Made by a program: the position numbers and the translations under genes
Assembly: GCA_000004985.1 (NCBI GenBank)
Contig: GG738857.1
Length of the DNA: 64,000 nt
Strand: one strand, 5' to 3'
DNA from: Naegleria gruberi
Taxonomy: Eukaryota
Shown: positions 1-11,575 of the stretch, piece by piece
Position numbering within the stretch: position 1 is the first letter of the stretch
How the letters are laid out: each line of letters starts with the position of its first letter
Notes under the pieces: model-generated
The model's input: the letters and a program-made list of their open reading frames with translations, nothing else
The model's database searches: none
What the model was told of the DNA's origin: nothing

Positions 1-330
1 AAACCCAAACCCAAACCCAAACCCAAACCCAAACCCAAACCCAAACCCAAAGCCAAACCCAAACCCAAACCCAAACCCAAACCCAAACCCAAACCCAAAC
101 CCAAACCCAAACCCAAACCCAAACCCAAACCCAAACCCAAACCCAAACCCAAACCCAAACCCAAACCCAAACCCAAACCCAAACCCAAACCCAAACCCAA
201 ACCCAAACCCAAACCCAAACCCAAACCCAAACCCAAACCCAAACCCAAACCCAAACCCAAACCCAAACCCAAACCCAAACCCAAACCCAAACCCAAACCC
301 AAACCCAAACCCAAACCCAAACCCAAACCC
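1..330. repeat. Telomere-like hexamer array (AAACCC)n, C-rich strand on top as expected at a left chromosome end
   Basis: About 55 perfect tandem AAACCC units run from base 1, with a single A>G variant near position 51. The G-strand reads TTTGGG. The array ends abruptly at ~330 and passes into AT-rich unique sequence. Confidence 0.9.
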
Positions 331-1083
331 AGAACTAAAAATAGAATTCTTCTAAACCCAACCTTCAAACCCTAGCCCAAAATTATAAACTTATTCAAAT
401 ATCATTAAATTTTATATCATTCGATCGGAAATGATGAGTAGAACAACGTAGTATATTTAGTTTTTCAATTTATAAAATATTAACTTTGTAAATAATATCA
501 GATTAAAATTTCATAAATGAAACCATAGGAAGAATGATAATTTCAAAATCCTTTAATGAGATTATATAGTTTATATCATCATAAACAGTATTCATCATTA
601 GGTTCACATGAAATTTCAAAAGTTCAAGTCTGTAGGTATAAAAGTATAGAGTGAAAAGGGAAGTTGTGAGGTACAATAGGTCAACAATAACTTTTGAGTT
701 TCTCATCAAAACATATTAAATCCTGATATGAAAATGTTCCATTTGATGATTATACATCGAATATCAAATTTATTTTAACTTTCATATTTAGAGATTTCTT
801 CCCTCAATCACACATGGTCTACTTTGATGAAAAGGATGAAATCTTGAAAAAGGACCACCTATTGAAACTTTACCAACATGATGTAGATGATATATAATGA
901 TATAGAATTCATTTTCTTATCATAAAAATCAGAAATGGTACCATGGGAAGGTAAATGTTGATATTTTATGGTTGACTTTAGAGAAAGACAAGTCAGACCA
1001 ACTCTATCAAATATATCACTTGCATCAACAATATATACATGAAAATGCTCCATTCGATGAGTAGAGATAGAATATTAAGTTTA
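331..1083. repeat. Subtelomeric telomere-associated element, copy A (cut off by the gap at 1084)
   Basis: The stretch beginning 'caaaccctagcccaa...atcattcgat...gtagaacaa...tttagtttttcaatttataaaatattaactttgt...' recurs at 8281-8886 with about 85-90% identity. Both copies sit directly after a telomere-repeat tract. I see no convincing coding ORF. Confidence 0.8.
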
Positions 1084-2666
1084 NNNNNNNNNNNNNNNNN
1101 NNNNNNNNNNNNNNNNNNNNNNNNNNNNNNNNNNNNNNNNNNNNNNNNNNNNNNNNNNNNNNNNNNNNNNNNNNNNNNNNNNNNNNNNNNNNNNNNNNNN
1201 NNNNNNNNNNNNNNNNNNNNNNNNNNNNNNNNNNNNNNNNNNNNNNNNNNNNNNNNNNNNNNNNNNNNNNNNNNNNNNNNNNNNNNNNNNNNNNNNNNNN
1301 NNNNNNNNNNNNNNNNNNNNNNNNNNNNNNNNNNNNNNNNNNNNNNNNNNNNNNNNNNNNNNNNNNNNNNNNNNNNNNNNNNNNNNNNNNNNNNNNNNNN
1401 NNNNNNNNNNNNNNNNNNNNNNNNNNNNNNNNNNNNNNNNNNNNNNNNNNNNNNNNNNNNNNNNNNNNNNNNNNNNNNNNNNNNNNNNNNNNNNNNNNNN
1501 NNNNNNNNNNNNNNNNNNNNNNNNNNNNNNNNNNNNNNNNNNNNNNNNNNNNNNNNNNNNNNNNNNNNNNNNNNNNNNNNNNNNNNNNNNNNNNNNNNNN
1601 NNNNNNNNNNNNNNNNNNNNNNNNNNNNNNNNNNNNNNNNNNNNNNNNNNNNNNNNNNNNNNNNNNNNNNNNNNNNNNNNNNNNNNNNNNNNNNNNNNNN
1701 NNNNNNNNNNNNNNNNNNNNNNNNNNNNNNNNNNNNNNNNNNNNNNNNNNNNNNNNNNNNNNNNNNNNNNNNNNNNNNNNNNNNNNNNNNNNNNNNNNNN
1801 NNNNNNNNNNNNNNNNNNNNNNNNNNNNNNNNNNNNNNNNNNNNNNNNNNNNNNNNNNNNNNNNNNNNNNNNNNNNNNNNNNNNNNNNNNNNNNNNNNNN
1901 NNNNNNNNNNNNNNNNNNNNNNNNNNNNNNNNNNNNNNNNNNNNNNNNNNNNNNNNNNNNNNNNNNNNNNNNNNNNNNNNNNNNNNNNNNNNNNNNNNNN
2001 NNNNNNNNNNNNNNNNNNNNNNNNNNNNNNNNNNNNNNNNNNNNNNNNNNNNNNNNNNNNNNNNNNNNNNNNNNNNNNNNNNNNNNNNNNNNNNNNNNNN
2101 NNNNNNNNNNNNNNNNNNNNNNNNNNNNNNNNNNNNNNNNNNNNNNNNNNNNNNNNNNNNNNNNNNNNNNNNNNNNNNNNNNNNNNNNNNNNNNNNNNNN
2201 NNNNNNNNNNNNNNNNNNNNNNNNNNNNNNNNNNNNNNNNNNNNNNNNNNNNNNNNNNNNNNNNNNNNNNNNNNNNNNNNNNNNNNNNNNNNNNNNNNNN
2301 NNNNNNNNNNNNNNNNNNNNNNNNNNNNNNNNNNNNNNNNNNNNNNNNNNNNNNNNNNNNNNNNNNNNNNNNNNNNNNNNNNNNNNNNNNNNNNNNNNNN
2401 NNNNNNNNNNNNNNNNNNNNNNNNNNNNNNNNNNNNNNNNNNNNNNNNNNNNNNNNNNNNNNNNNNNNNNNNNNNNNNNNNNNNNNNNNNNNNNNNNNNN
2501 NNNNNNNNNNNNNNNNNNNNNNNNNNNNNNNNNNNNNNNNNNNNNNNNNNNNNNNNNNNNNNNNNNNNNNNNNNNNNNNNNNNNNNNNNNNNNNNNNNNN
2601 NNNNNNNNNNNNNNNNNNNNNNNNNNNNNNNNNNNNNNNNNNNNNNNNNNNNNNNNNNNNNNNNNN
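1084..2666. other. Assembly gap (N run)
   Basis: 1583 consecutive N. Confidence 1.
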
Positions 2667-3083
2667 TCCAAACCCAAACCCAAACCCAAACCCAAACCCA
2701 AACCCAAACCCAAACCCAAACCCAAACCCAAACCCAAACCCAAACCCAAACCCAAACCCAAACCCAAACCCAAACCCAAACCCAAACCCAAACCCAAACC
2801 CAAACCCTAACCCAAACCCAAACCCAAACCCAAACCCAAACCCAAACCCAAACCCAAACCCAAACCCAAACCCAACCCAAACCCAAACCCAAACCCAAAC
2901 CCAAACCCAAACCCAAACCCAAACCCAAACCCAAACCCAAACCCAAACCCAAACCCAAACCCAAACCCAAACCCAAACCCAAACCCAAACCCAAACCCAA
3001 ACCCAAACCCAAACCCAAACCCAAACCCAAACCCAAACCCAAACCCAACCCAAACCCAACCCAACCCAACCTAAACCCAACCA
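2667..3083. repeat. Second telomere-like (AAACCC)n tract, degenerating at its 3' edge (CCCTAACCC and CCCAACCC variants)
   Basis: Perfect hexamers start immediately after the gap. Variant units CTAACCC, AACCCAACC and CCTAAACCCAACC appear at 2808-3083 before unique sequence begins. Confidence 0.9.
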
Positions 3084-3801
3084 GATATTCCTAGTTATTG
3101 AGATATGCGAAGAAAACCTAACTTTTTTTTCATCGAGTACCTATTATCTCTAGAACCACTTTGAGTTTTTATTAGCATATAACAGTTTGTCGATAAAATT
3201 GTACCCTGATTAACATATATAAGATCCAAGTTTTGAATATTAGCCATTAATAAAATGGTAATGGGTTTTCGCCATACCCAAACCCAGACCCAACAATTTG
3301 ACTTTTATTCATCTTAATTCATTATCTCAATAAATACTCATTATAAATCAATATATTATATATCAATATACTCCAAATTGACTATATAATTATATAATAA
3401 CATAATATTTCATCGTTATAATAACTTATATAAGTTAATTTCATATAATAGATTAGACAATTAGAAAATCAATAAAAACATTTCAAAAACATTTCAAATC
3501 AATATATCACCTTATTAATCATGTTAATAACAATATATATCAATTTCAAATACTTTGGTATCATTTCAAGAAATTTACTATTCAACTTGTCAACTGACCT
3601 ATACTAACATTGAAGATAGAAATCTATACCACTTCAATTCACTTCCAATACATCTATATATGTTAATGAAATACAATAATATCAATTTGACATTCATCCA
3701 TATCATACATGGTACATGGCTGATCAACTTGATATCTACAGGGATGTAACTATGACATGTACTATACAGATCATCATGAAAATGATACAGTACCTTACTA
3801 A

Positions 3802-5543
3802 NNNNNNNNNNNNNNNNNNNNNNNNNNNNNNNNNNNNNNNNNNNNNNNNNNNNNNNNNNNNNNNNNNNNNNNNNNNNNNNNNNNNNNNNNNNNNNNNNNN
3901 NNNNNNNNNNNNNNNNNNNNNNNNNNNNNNNNNNNNNNNNNNNNNNNNNNNNNNNNNNNNNNNNNNNNNNNNNNNNNNNNNNNNNNNNNNNNNNNNNNNN
4001 NNNNNNNNNNNNNNNNNNNNNNNNNNNNNNNNNNNNNNNNNNNNNNNNNNNNNNNNNNNNNNNNNNNNNNNNNNNNNNNNNNNNNNNNNNNNNNNNNNNN
4101 NNNNNNNNNNNNNNNNNNNNNNNNNNNNNNNNNNNNNNNNNNNNNNNNNNNNNNNNNNNNNNNNNNNNNNNNNNNNNNNNNNNNNNNNNNNNNNNNNNNN
4201 NNNNNNNNNNNNNNNNNNNNNNNNNNNNNNNNNNNNNNNNNNNNNNNNNNNNNNNNNNNNNNNNNNNNNNNNNNNNNNNNNNNNNNNNNNNNNNNNNNNN
4301 NNNNNNNNNNNNNNNNNNNNNNNNNNNNNNNNNNNNNNNNNNNNNNNNNNNNNNNNNNNNNNNNNNNNNNNNNNNNNNNNNNNNNNNNNNNNNNNNNNNN
4401 NNNNNNNNNNNNNNNNNNNNNNNNNNNNNNNNNNNNNNNNNNNNNNNNNNNNNNNNNNNNNNNNNNNNNNNNNNNNNNNNNNNNNNNNNNNNNNNNNNNN
4501 NNNNNNNNNNNNNNNNNNNNNNNNNNNNNNNNNNNNNNNNNNNNNNNNNNNNNNNNNNNNNNNNNNNNNNNNNNNNNNNNNNNNNNNNNNNNNNNNNNNN
4601 NNNNNNNNNNNNNNNNNNNNNNNNNNNNNNNNNNNNNNNNNNNNNNNNNNNNNNNNNNNNNNNNNNNNNNNNNNNNNNNNNNNNNNNNNNNNNNNNNNNN
4701 NNNNNNNNNNNNNNNNNNNNNNNNNNNNNNNNNNNNNNNNNNNNNNNNNNNNNNNNNNNNNNNNNNNNNNNNNNNNNNNNNNNNNNNNNNNNNNNNNNNN
4801 NNNNNNNNNNNNNNNNNNNNNNNNNNNNNNNNNNNNNNNNNNNNNNNNNNNNNNNNNNNNNNNNNNNNNNNNNNNNNNNNNNNNNNNNNNNNNNNNNNNN
4901 NNNNNNNNNNNNNNNNNNNNNNNNNNNNNNNNNNNNNNNNNNNNNNNNNNNNNNNNNNNNNNNNNNNNNNNNNNNNNNNNNNNNNNNNNNNNNNNNNNNN
5001 NNNNNNNNNNNNNNNNNNNNNNNNNNNNNNNNNNNNNNNNNNNNNNNNNNNNNNNNNNNNNNNNNNNNNNNNNNNNNNNNNNNNNNNNNNNNNNNNNNNN
5101 NNNNNNNNNNNNNNNNNNNNNNNNNNNNNNNNNNNNNNNNNNNNNNNNNNNNNNNNNNNNNNNNNNNNNNNNNNNNNNNNNNNNNNNNNNNNNNNNNNNN
5201 NNNNNNNNNNNNNNNNNNNNNNNNNNNNNNNNNNNNNNNNNNNNNNNNNNNNNNNNNNNNNNNNNNNNNNNNNNNNNNNNNNNNNNNNNNNNNNNNNNNN
5301 NNNNNNNNNNNNNNNNNNNNNNNNNNNNNNNNNNNNNNNNNNNNNNNNNNNNNNNNNNNNNNNNNNNNNNNNNNNNNNNNNNNNNNNNNNNNNNNNNNNN
5401 NNNNNNNNNNNNNNNNNNNNNNNNNNNNNNNNNNNNNNNNNNNNNNNNNNNNNNNNNNNNNNNNNNNNNNNNNNNNNNNNNNNNNNNNNNNNNNNNNNNN
5501 NNNNNNNNNNNNNNNNNNNNNNNNNNNNNNNNNNNNNNNNNNN
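3802..5543. other. Assembly gap (N run)
   Basis: 1742 consecutive N. Confidence 1.
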
Positions 5544-5650
5544 TACACTCCTCTTGATAAGGAGAACAATCTGACAAAGTTTTACATTGATGGCTCTGTA
5601 TCTTACAGTCAACCAATATACCTTAGAATATAGTTTACATTCCATCTCAA
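5544..5650. repeat. ~110-bp dispersed subtelomeric boundary repeat, copy 1 (5' end truncated by gap)
   Basis: 'tacactcctcttgataaggagaacaatctga.aaagtttt.acattgatggctc.gtatcttacagtcaaccaatataccttagaatatagtttacattccatctcaat' recurs almost identically at 11303-11410. Confidence 0.8.
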
Positions 5651-6857
5651 TCATTTCAAAGAGTTATTGATCAATTCCAACACCAGTATGTTACTCACAC
5701 ATTATAGTACAATTCATATTTCAAGAGTGATTTCTAAGATAAAGTTGATGGAAGTGAGTGCCAAATGGCACATTCACTTCCAATATAGTAGTAAGCTTTG
5801 TTAATCCTTTCGATTCTGAGCCATTTTCACATCAACTTGAATCTATTTTTAACTTTTCCGCGCGTTTTTCGGTTTGATCAACCGGCAAAAATACTTTTGA
5901 TCAAGTGATTTTATTACCACTAGCCACCATCATAACTTGATATATATAAATATTTAACAATTTCACATCAGCCGTATATTGTGCCCCATTACAATCACCA
6001 TCTTTTGACATCATTTGTGATATATATTGTTAATGTATTTAAGGAGAAAAGCTTAATAAATAGGGGTTGACATGGGATCCAAAACCCTGAGTTCTGCATC
6101 TCAAATAAAGTGTAATTTCATCAAATTATATAATTTCATTTCAAGAAATGCATTCAGTAGATAGTACATGGTGATATTTCAAGAGAATGGCTGAAAATCT
6201 GAAAGATATAGAAACAACTACATTTTCACTGAAATTGATATCATGGTATGTAGACACTCTAATTAGCATATGGTATCAATTTCATGAATATTGGCTCAGT
6301 ACATGTTGAGATATCAACTCTATCACTGTACTATAGACATTTGACATGATATCATAGATTAAACTCCAACTCACTCATTTTACGTACAATCAGTATAGAA
6401 ATGATGCTAAATAATCTACACATCTATAAAATACATCTACAATAGTTTAAAAACGTTTCAAACTACTTTCATAAAATTAATCAGTAAATGTTCAATGTCA
6501 ATCCTAGGTATACCATAGTGAACACTTCATCTCAGTGAAAGTACATCCAATCATCCTATAACTTTACCAGATACGTCTAATCACACTATTGTACATATTG
6601 TATTAATTTTAGATATTCTGAATAGAAATTAACTTGATAATAATAACAATCTGTCAAAAAAGTAACTTTTCAATATATAGAATACGCTCTAGCTCATTCA
6701 GTTTGTATAATATCAAACAAGTATGAAACATGAACACATTCCTATTGGTGATAGGTACAATCTGAGAAAGATTCATTGTGAAGTAGTTGGGACTTGTCAT
6801 CATACAAGAATTGAATCAAGTATCCATTTACTTGGATTGAACTTTACATAAGCACCC

Positions 6858-7827
6858 CGGGTTTGAGCCACACCAAGCTCATTTGAGAAAGTGTAATTTA
6901 ATTTTACGACGGGTTTGAGCCACACCATGTTCATTTGAAACAATTTCAAGTCGTTTTTACATCGGGTTTGACGACAACCACTGTTTTAAAGATAACATTT
7001 GTGAAAAATCGACTGATCTCAATCATTATTAAGAATTTGAGTATACTCCAATGGAATGTTACCATCTACATACAGTTTAGAACATTTTCCATCCCCTTGT
7101 AAAAATTCCTTAATAATTTTGAACTATTCAAAGTTCAGTAAGAATGCAAAAATTTTAATTTGTTGTATAGTATAATACAGTATCATCAAAAAGTTGGATA
7201 ACTCATTCTTTTGAAAAGAAGCAACGGGTTTGAGCCACTCCACGTTCATTTGAAACAATTTCAAAAAGTTTTTACATCGGGTTGGATGACAACCATTGTT
7301 TTAAAGATTACAGTTGTGAAAAATCGACTGATCTCAATCATTTCTGAGAATTTAAGTATACTGTAAAGGACTGGTACCATTTCTATCGAGTTTTGAACAT
7401 TTTCCATCTACTTGAAAAAATTCCTTACTAATTGTGAAGTAAGAAAAGTTCAGTAAGAATGTAAAAATTTTAATTTGTTGTATAGTATAATACAGTCTTG
7501 TCAAAAGGTTGGATACGTCACTCTTTCGAAAAGAAGCAACGGGTTTGAGCCACTCCACGTTCATTTGAAACAATTTCAAACAGTTTTTACATCGGGTTGG
7601 ATAACAACCATTGTTTTAAAGATTACAGTTGTGAAAAAATGGCAAATCTCAATCATTTTTGAGAATTTAACTATACTGTAAAAGACTGTCACCATTTCCA
7701 TCGAGTTTTGAACATTTTCCAATCACTTGTAAAAAATTCTTAATAATTGTGAACTACTCAAAGTTCACTAAGATAGAAATATTTCATAAACTTATAGTTC
7801 CTTATGTAAGGAATTGTCAAAAGGTCT
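6858..7827. repeat. 315-bp satellite array A, about 3 units, truncated by the gap at 7828
   Basis: The motif 'gggtttgagccac.cca.g.tcatttgaaacaatttcaa..gtttttacatcgggtt.ga..acaacca.tgttttaaagat.aca.ttgtgaaaaa' recurs at 6911, 7226 and 7541, an exact 315-bp period. A shorter partial unit sits at 6858. Confidence 0.85.
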
Positions 7828-7877
7828 NNNNNNNNNNNNNNNNNNNNNNNNNNNNNNNNNNNNNNNNNNNNNNNNNN
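7828..7877. other. Assembly gap (N run)
   Basis: 50 N. Confidence 1.
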
Positions 7878-8190
7878 ACCCAACCCAAACCCAAACCCAA
7901 ACCCAAACCCAAACCCAAACCCAAACCCAAACCCAAACCCAAACCCAAACCCAAACCCAAACCCAAACCCAAACCCAAACCCAAACCCAAACCCAAACCC
8001 AAACCCAAACCCAAACCCAAACCCAAACCCAAACCCAAACCCAAACCCAAACCCAAACCCAAACCCAAACCCAAACCCAAACCCAAACCCAAACCCAAAC
8101 CCAAACCCAAACCCAAACCAAAACCATACCCAAACCCAAACCCAAACCCAAACCCAAACCCAAACCAAAACCAAACCCAAACCCAACCAA
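7878..8190. repeat. Third telomere-like (AAACCC)n tract
   Basis: Perfect hexamers begin at the gap edge. Variants CCAAAACCATACCC and CCAAAACC appear near 8115-8170. Confidence 0.9.
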
Positions 8191-8280
8191 AAACCTAAAA
8201 ACCCAAACCTAAAAACCCAAACCTAAAAACCCAAACCTAAAAACCCAAACCTAAAAACCCAAACCTAAAAACCTAAAAAT
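8191..8280. repeat. 14-bp (CCTAAAAACCCAAA)n telomere-derived micro-array
   Basis: 'cctaaaaacccaaa' occurs 5 times in tandem, followed by 'cctaaaaacctaaaaat'. It lies at the junction between tract 3 and subtelomeric element copy B. Confidence 0.8.
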
Positions 8281-8886
8281 ATTTAAGTCCAGACCCAATG
8301 TTTCAAAGTTCAAACCCTAGCCCAATTTATTGATTATTATATCATTCGATTGTAAATGATGAATAGAACAATGTATTATATTTAGTTTTTCAATTTATAA
8401 AATATTAACTTTGTTAATAGTGTCAGATTAAAATTTGTAAAATGAAACTATAGGAAGAATGATAATTTCAAAATCCTTTAATGAGATTATATAGTATATA
8501 TCATCATTAACAACATCTATAATCACTCTCATATCAAATTTCAAAAGTTCAAGTCTGTAGATATAAAAGTATAGAGGGAAAAGGGAAGTTGTGAGGTAAA
8601 AGAGGTCAACTATAACTTTTGAGTTTCTCATCAAAACATATTAAATCCTGACATGTAAATGTTCCATTTGATGAGTAAACATCGAATATCAAATTTATTT
8701 TAACTTTCATATTTACAGATTTCTTCCCTCAACCATCATGGTCAACTATGATGAAAAGGATGAAATCTTGAAAAAGAACCACCTATTGAAACTTTACCAT
8801 AATAATGTAGATGATATATAATGATATAGAATTCAATTTCATATCATAAGAATCAGAAATGGGGCCATGGGAATGTAAATGTTGAT
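8281..8886. repeat. Subtelomeric telomere-associated element, copy B (cut off by the gap at 8887)
   Basis: Alignable to 331-1083 with the same landmark strings, for example 'tttagtttttcaatttataaaatattaactttgt' and 'ggaagaatgataatttcaaaatcctttaatgagattatatagt'. Confidence 0.8.
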
Positions 8887-8936
8887 NNNNNNNNNNNNNN
8901 NNNNNNNNNNNNNNNNNNNNNNNNNNNNNNNNNNNN

Positions 8937-9860
8937 TTACGTAAGCACACCGGGTTTGAGCCACACCAAGCTCATTTAAGAAAGTTTAATTTAATTTTAC
9001 AACGGGTTTGAGCCAGTCCATGGAGTTGTTAGTAAAGAGTGGTTGGATGAAATCACTGTTTCAAAGATAACAGTTGTGAAAAATCGACTAATCTCAATCA
9101 TTATTAAGAATTTGAGTATAGTTCAATGGAATTATACCATCTATAGCCAGTTTTGAACATTTTCCATCGACTTGTAAAAATTCCTTAATAATTAGGATGA
9201 AGGAAAAGTTCACTAAGAAAAGACAATGTTAATTTGTTGAACAGTATTGTACAATCCCCACCTAAAGGTTGAATAAGTCACTCTTTTGAGAAGAAGCAAC
9301 GGGTTTGAGCAACTCCAAGCTCATTTGAAACATTTTCAAAAAGTTTTTACATCGGGTTGGATGACAACCACTGTTTTAAAGATTACAGTTGTGAAAAATA
9401 GACTGATCTCAATCATTATTGAGAATTTAAGTACACTTTAAAGGACTGCCACCATTTCCATCGATTTTGGAACATTTTCCATCTACTTGAAACAATTCCT
9501 TAATAATTGTGAAGTAAGAAAAGTTCAGTAAGAAAAAATAAATTTCAGTTTGTTGTATAGTTAATACATTCTCATTCAAAAGGTTGGATAAGTCTCTTTT
9601 TTGAAAAGAAGCAACGGGTTTGAGCCACTCCAAGCTCATTTGAAACAATTTCAAACAGTTTTTACATCGGGTTGGATAACAACCATTGTTTTAAAGATTA
9701 CAGTTGTGAAAAAATGGCAAATCTCAATCATTTCTTAGAATTTAACTATGCTGTAACGGAATGTTACCATCTACAGCAATTTTAGAACACTTTCCATCTA
9801 CTTGAAACAATTCCTTAATAATTATGATGCAAGCAAAGTTCACTAAGAAAAGAATATTTC
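8937..9860. repeat. 315-bp satellite array B, 3-4 units, same family as 6858-7827
   Basis: 'gggtttgagcc' anchors at 8952, 9004, 9301 and 9616. The 9301 to 9616 spacing is 315 bp and the unit sequence is about 90% identical to array A. Confidence 0.85.
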
Positions 9861-11295
9861 AAAAACTTATTGTTGGTGGAATGATTCTGCACAACTATAG
9901 AGCATCTCCTTGTTCTGATATTGTACATGTGGATATTAGTAAAAAAACCACCTATAACAAAATTTTTTGTTTTGGTCCAACAGATGATGAGAAATGGCAC
10001 TTGTAAATGTTGAAAATAATGTTATACCAATTCTGCACCATACACAACTTGGCTACTTATCCATCAGTTACAAAATGATGATACAATTGAAATAAATATC
10101 ATATCTCAATTTAAATATAGAGATGGTCAATTAAGGTACCTCAATAGGGAAGTACCCTAAGGACAATGAGATTCATTACCAAATTGATACAATATGTTAA
10201 TAACATCATATAATGAGGTTTCTATCAATTTCGTATCATTTGGACATCATTCAGTATTCATGCCATTTAACCATGTCACTAACTACTCATGATAATATGA
10301 CAAGTCAATATCAAGATGTTCAACAAGATAGAATATCATTCAAATACTCTTATAATTGATATTCATAACGTATTTGAGTGATACAAATCAATATCTATAT
10401 AATTGGACTATCTGTCAAGCTACTGTCCTAATTGACAAAAAGGTAACATTCTTACATGTCATGAATGGTAATAATCAACACCAATTCAATACTATCATGT
10501 TATAATCATCAAATACTCTCATCGAATCAATTTTGGAATGATTTCAATATCATCTTAGATAGTTATCATATGACAAAGTTACTACCTTAGTGAACTACCC
10601 ACGTCATTAATAAATGTCTAAAACCAAATCTTTCAATTATATATTCATATATATATCAATTATAGTGTATAATATCAGTTTTATAATATATAATCAATTA
10701 TTGGTATGATCGCAATATTTCAATTAAACATTGACATTGCAACATTTCTCAAATTGGAAATATAGGTCATAACATCATGATATTCAACATTTAGTGATAA
10801 AGTAAAACGATGACATATATTATCCAATAAAATATTCAGATCCCTTTAAAAGTGTTAACCACATCAAAAGCTCCCCTATTGCCATCCAAGTTGACTTCCA
10901 AAAGTCTCAAAATGGATACAATCATGATTTTTTCAGTGATATATGATTACCATTCATATTCACTACTGTATTTATCAGTATTATTGAATTTTATTGTGTT
11001 TCCATATTATAGGTCAACATCTTGATCAATTAATCATTTACTAGTAGAAAAGCTACAAGGAAATGTTTCTCTCTAGTCACCACCCAATAACCTCCTCTTC
11101 ATGAAGAAGAGTTCCAAATCAACCTTGTTCACTTTCAATATGTTGAATTAATGCAACCACTTTCCCATTCTTCTATCAAGTGTTGTCACAATAAGAAGCT
11201 TCTGATTCGTATCAACAATAAACAATTTCAAAATCTTAAATCAATAAGAGATTGGAGTAAGAGGTATCCGAGGTTCTCCTAACCAAACCCAATAT

Positions 11296-11410
11296 GAATA
11301 CACTCCTCTTGATAAGGAGAACAATCTGAGAAAGTTTCACATTGATGGCTCAGTATCTTACAGTCAACCAATATACCTTAGAATATAGTTTACATTCCAT
11401 CTCAATTGTA
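11296..11410. repeat. ~110-bp dispersed subtelomeric boundary repeat, copy 2
   Basis: Near-identical to 5544-5650. It lies at the transition from gene-free subtelomere to the first gene. Confidence 0.8.
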
Positions 11411-11575
11411 GTAGATCTCGTCTCTCATGTCTTTACGATACAAGAGACGATAATAAATATTACAATTTATTTTTTAGAATAGTTGTAATTTATTAACTAG
11501 ACATATTCAATGAATAATTCTTAATTTCAGCAAAGTAGTCTGATTTGCAATATTCAAGATAATTCTTTAAGTTAG

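Noticed and set aside
993-3153. Long ORFs of 85-704 aa (poly-GF/WV/PN/TQ/PK dipeptides with long X runs) on both strands across 993..3153
   Set aside because: They are translations of the (AAACCC)n telomere hexamer and of the 1583-N gap. They have no start context and are purely periodic.
3599-5654. ORFs of 613-656 aa made almost entirely of X
   Set aside because: They span the 3802-5543 N gap. The flanking real sequence is AT-rich non-coding.
7749-8212. Five overlapping ORFs of 99-149 aa encoding PK/GF/WV/TQ/GL dipeptide repeats
   Set aside because: They come from telomere tract 3 plus a 50-N gap. The same artefact as above.
6858-9860. Possibility that the regular 315-bp and 6-bp repeats are a CRISPR array
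   Set aside because: This is a eukaryotic locus (spliceosomal introns, tRNA, eIF5A and so on). Repeat units are contiguous with no unique spacers and are much longer or shorter than CRISPR repeats.
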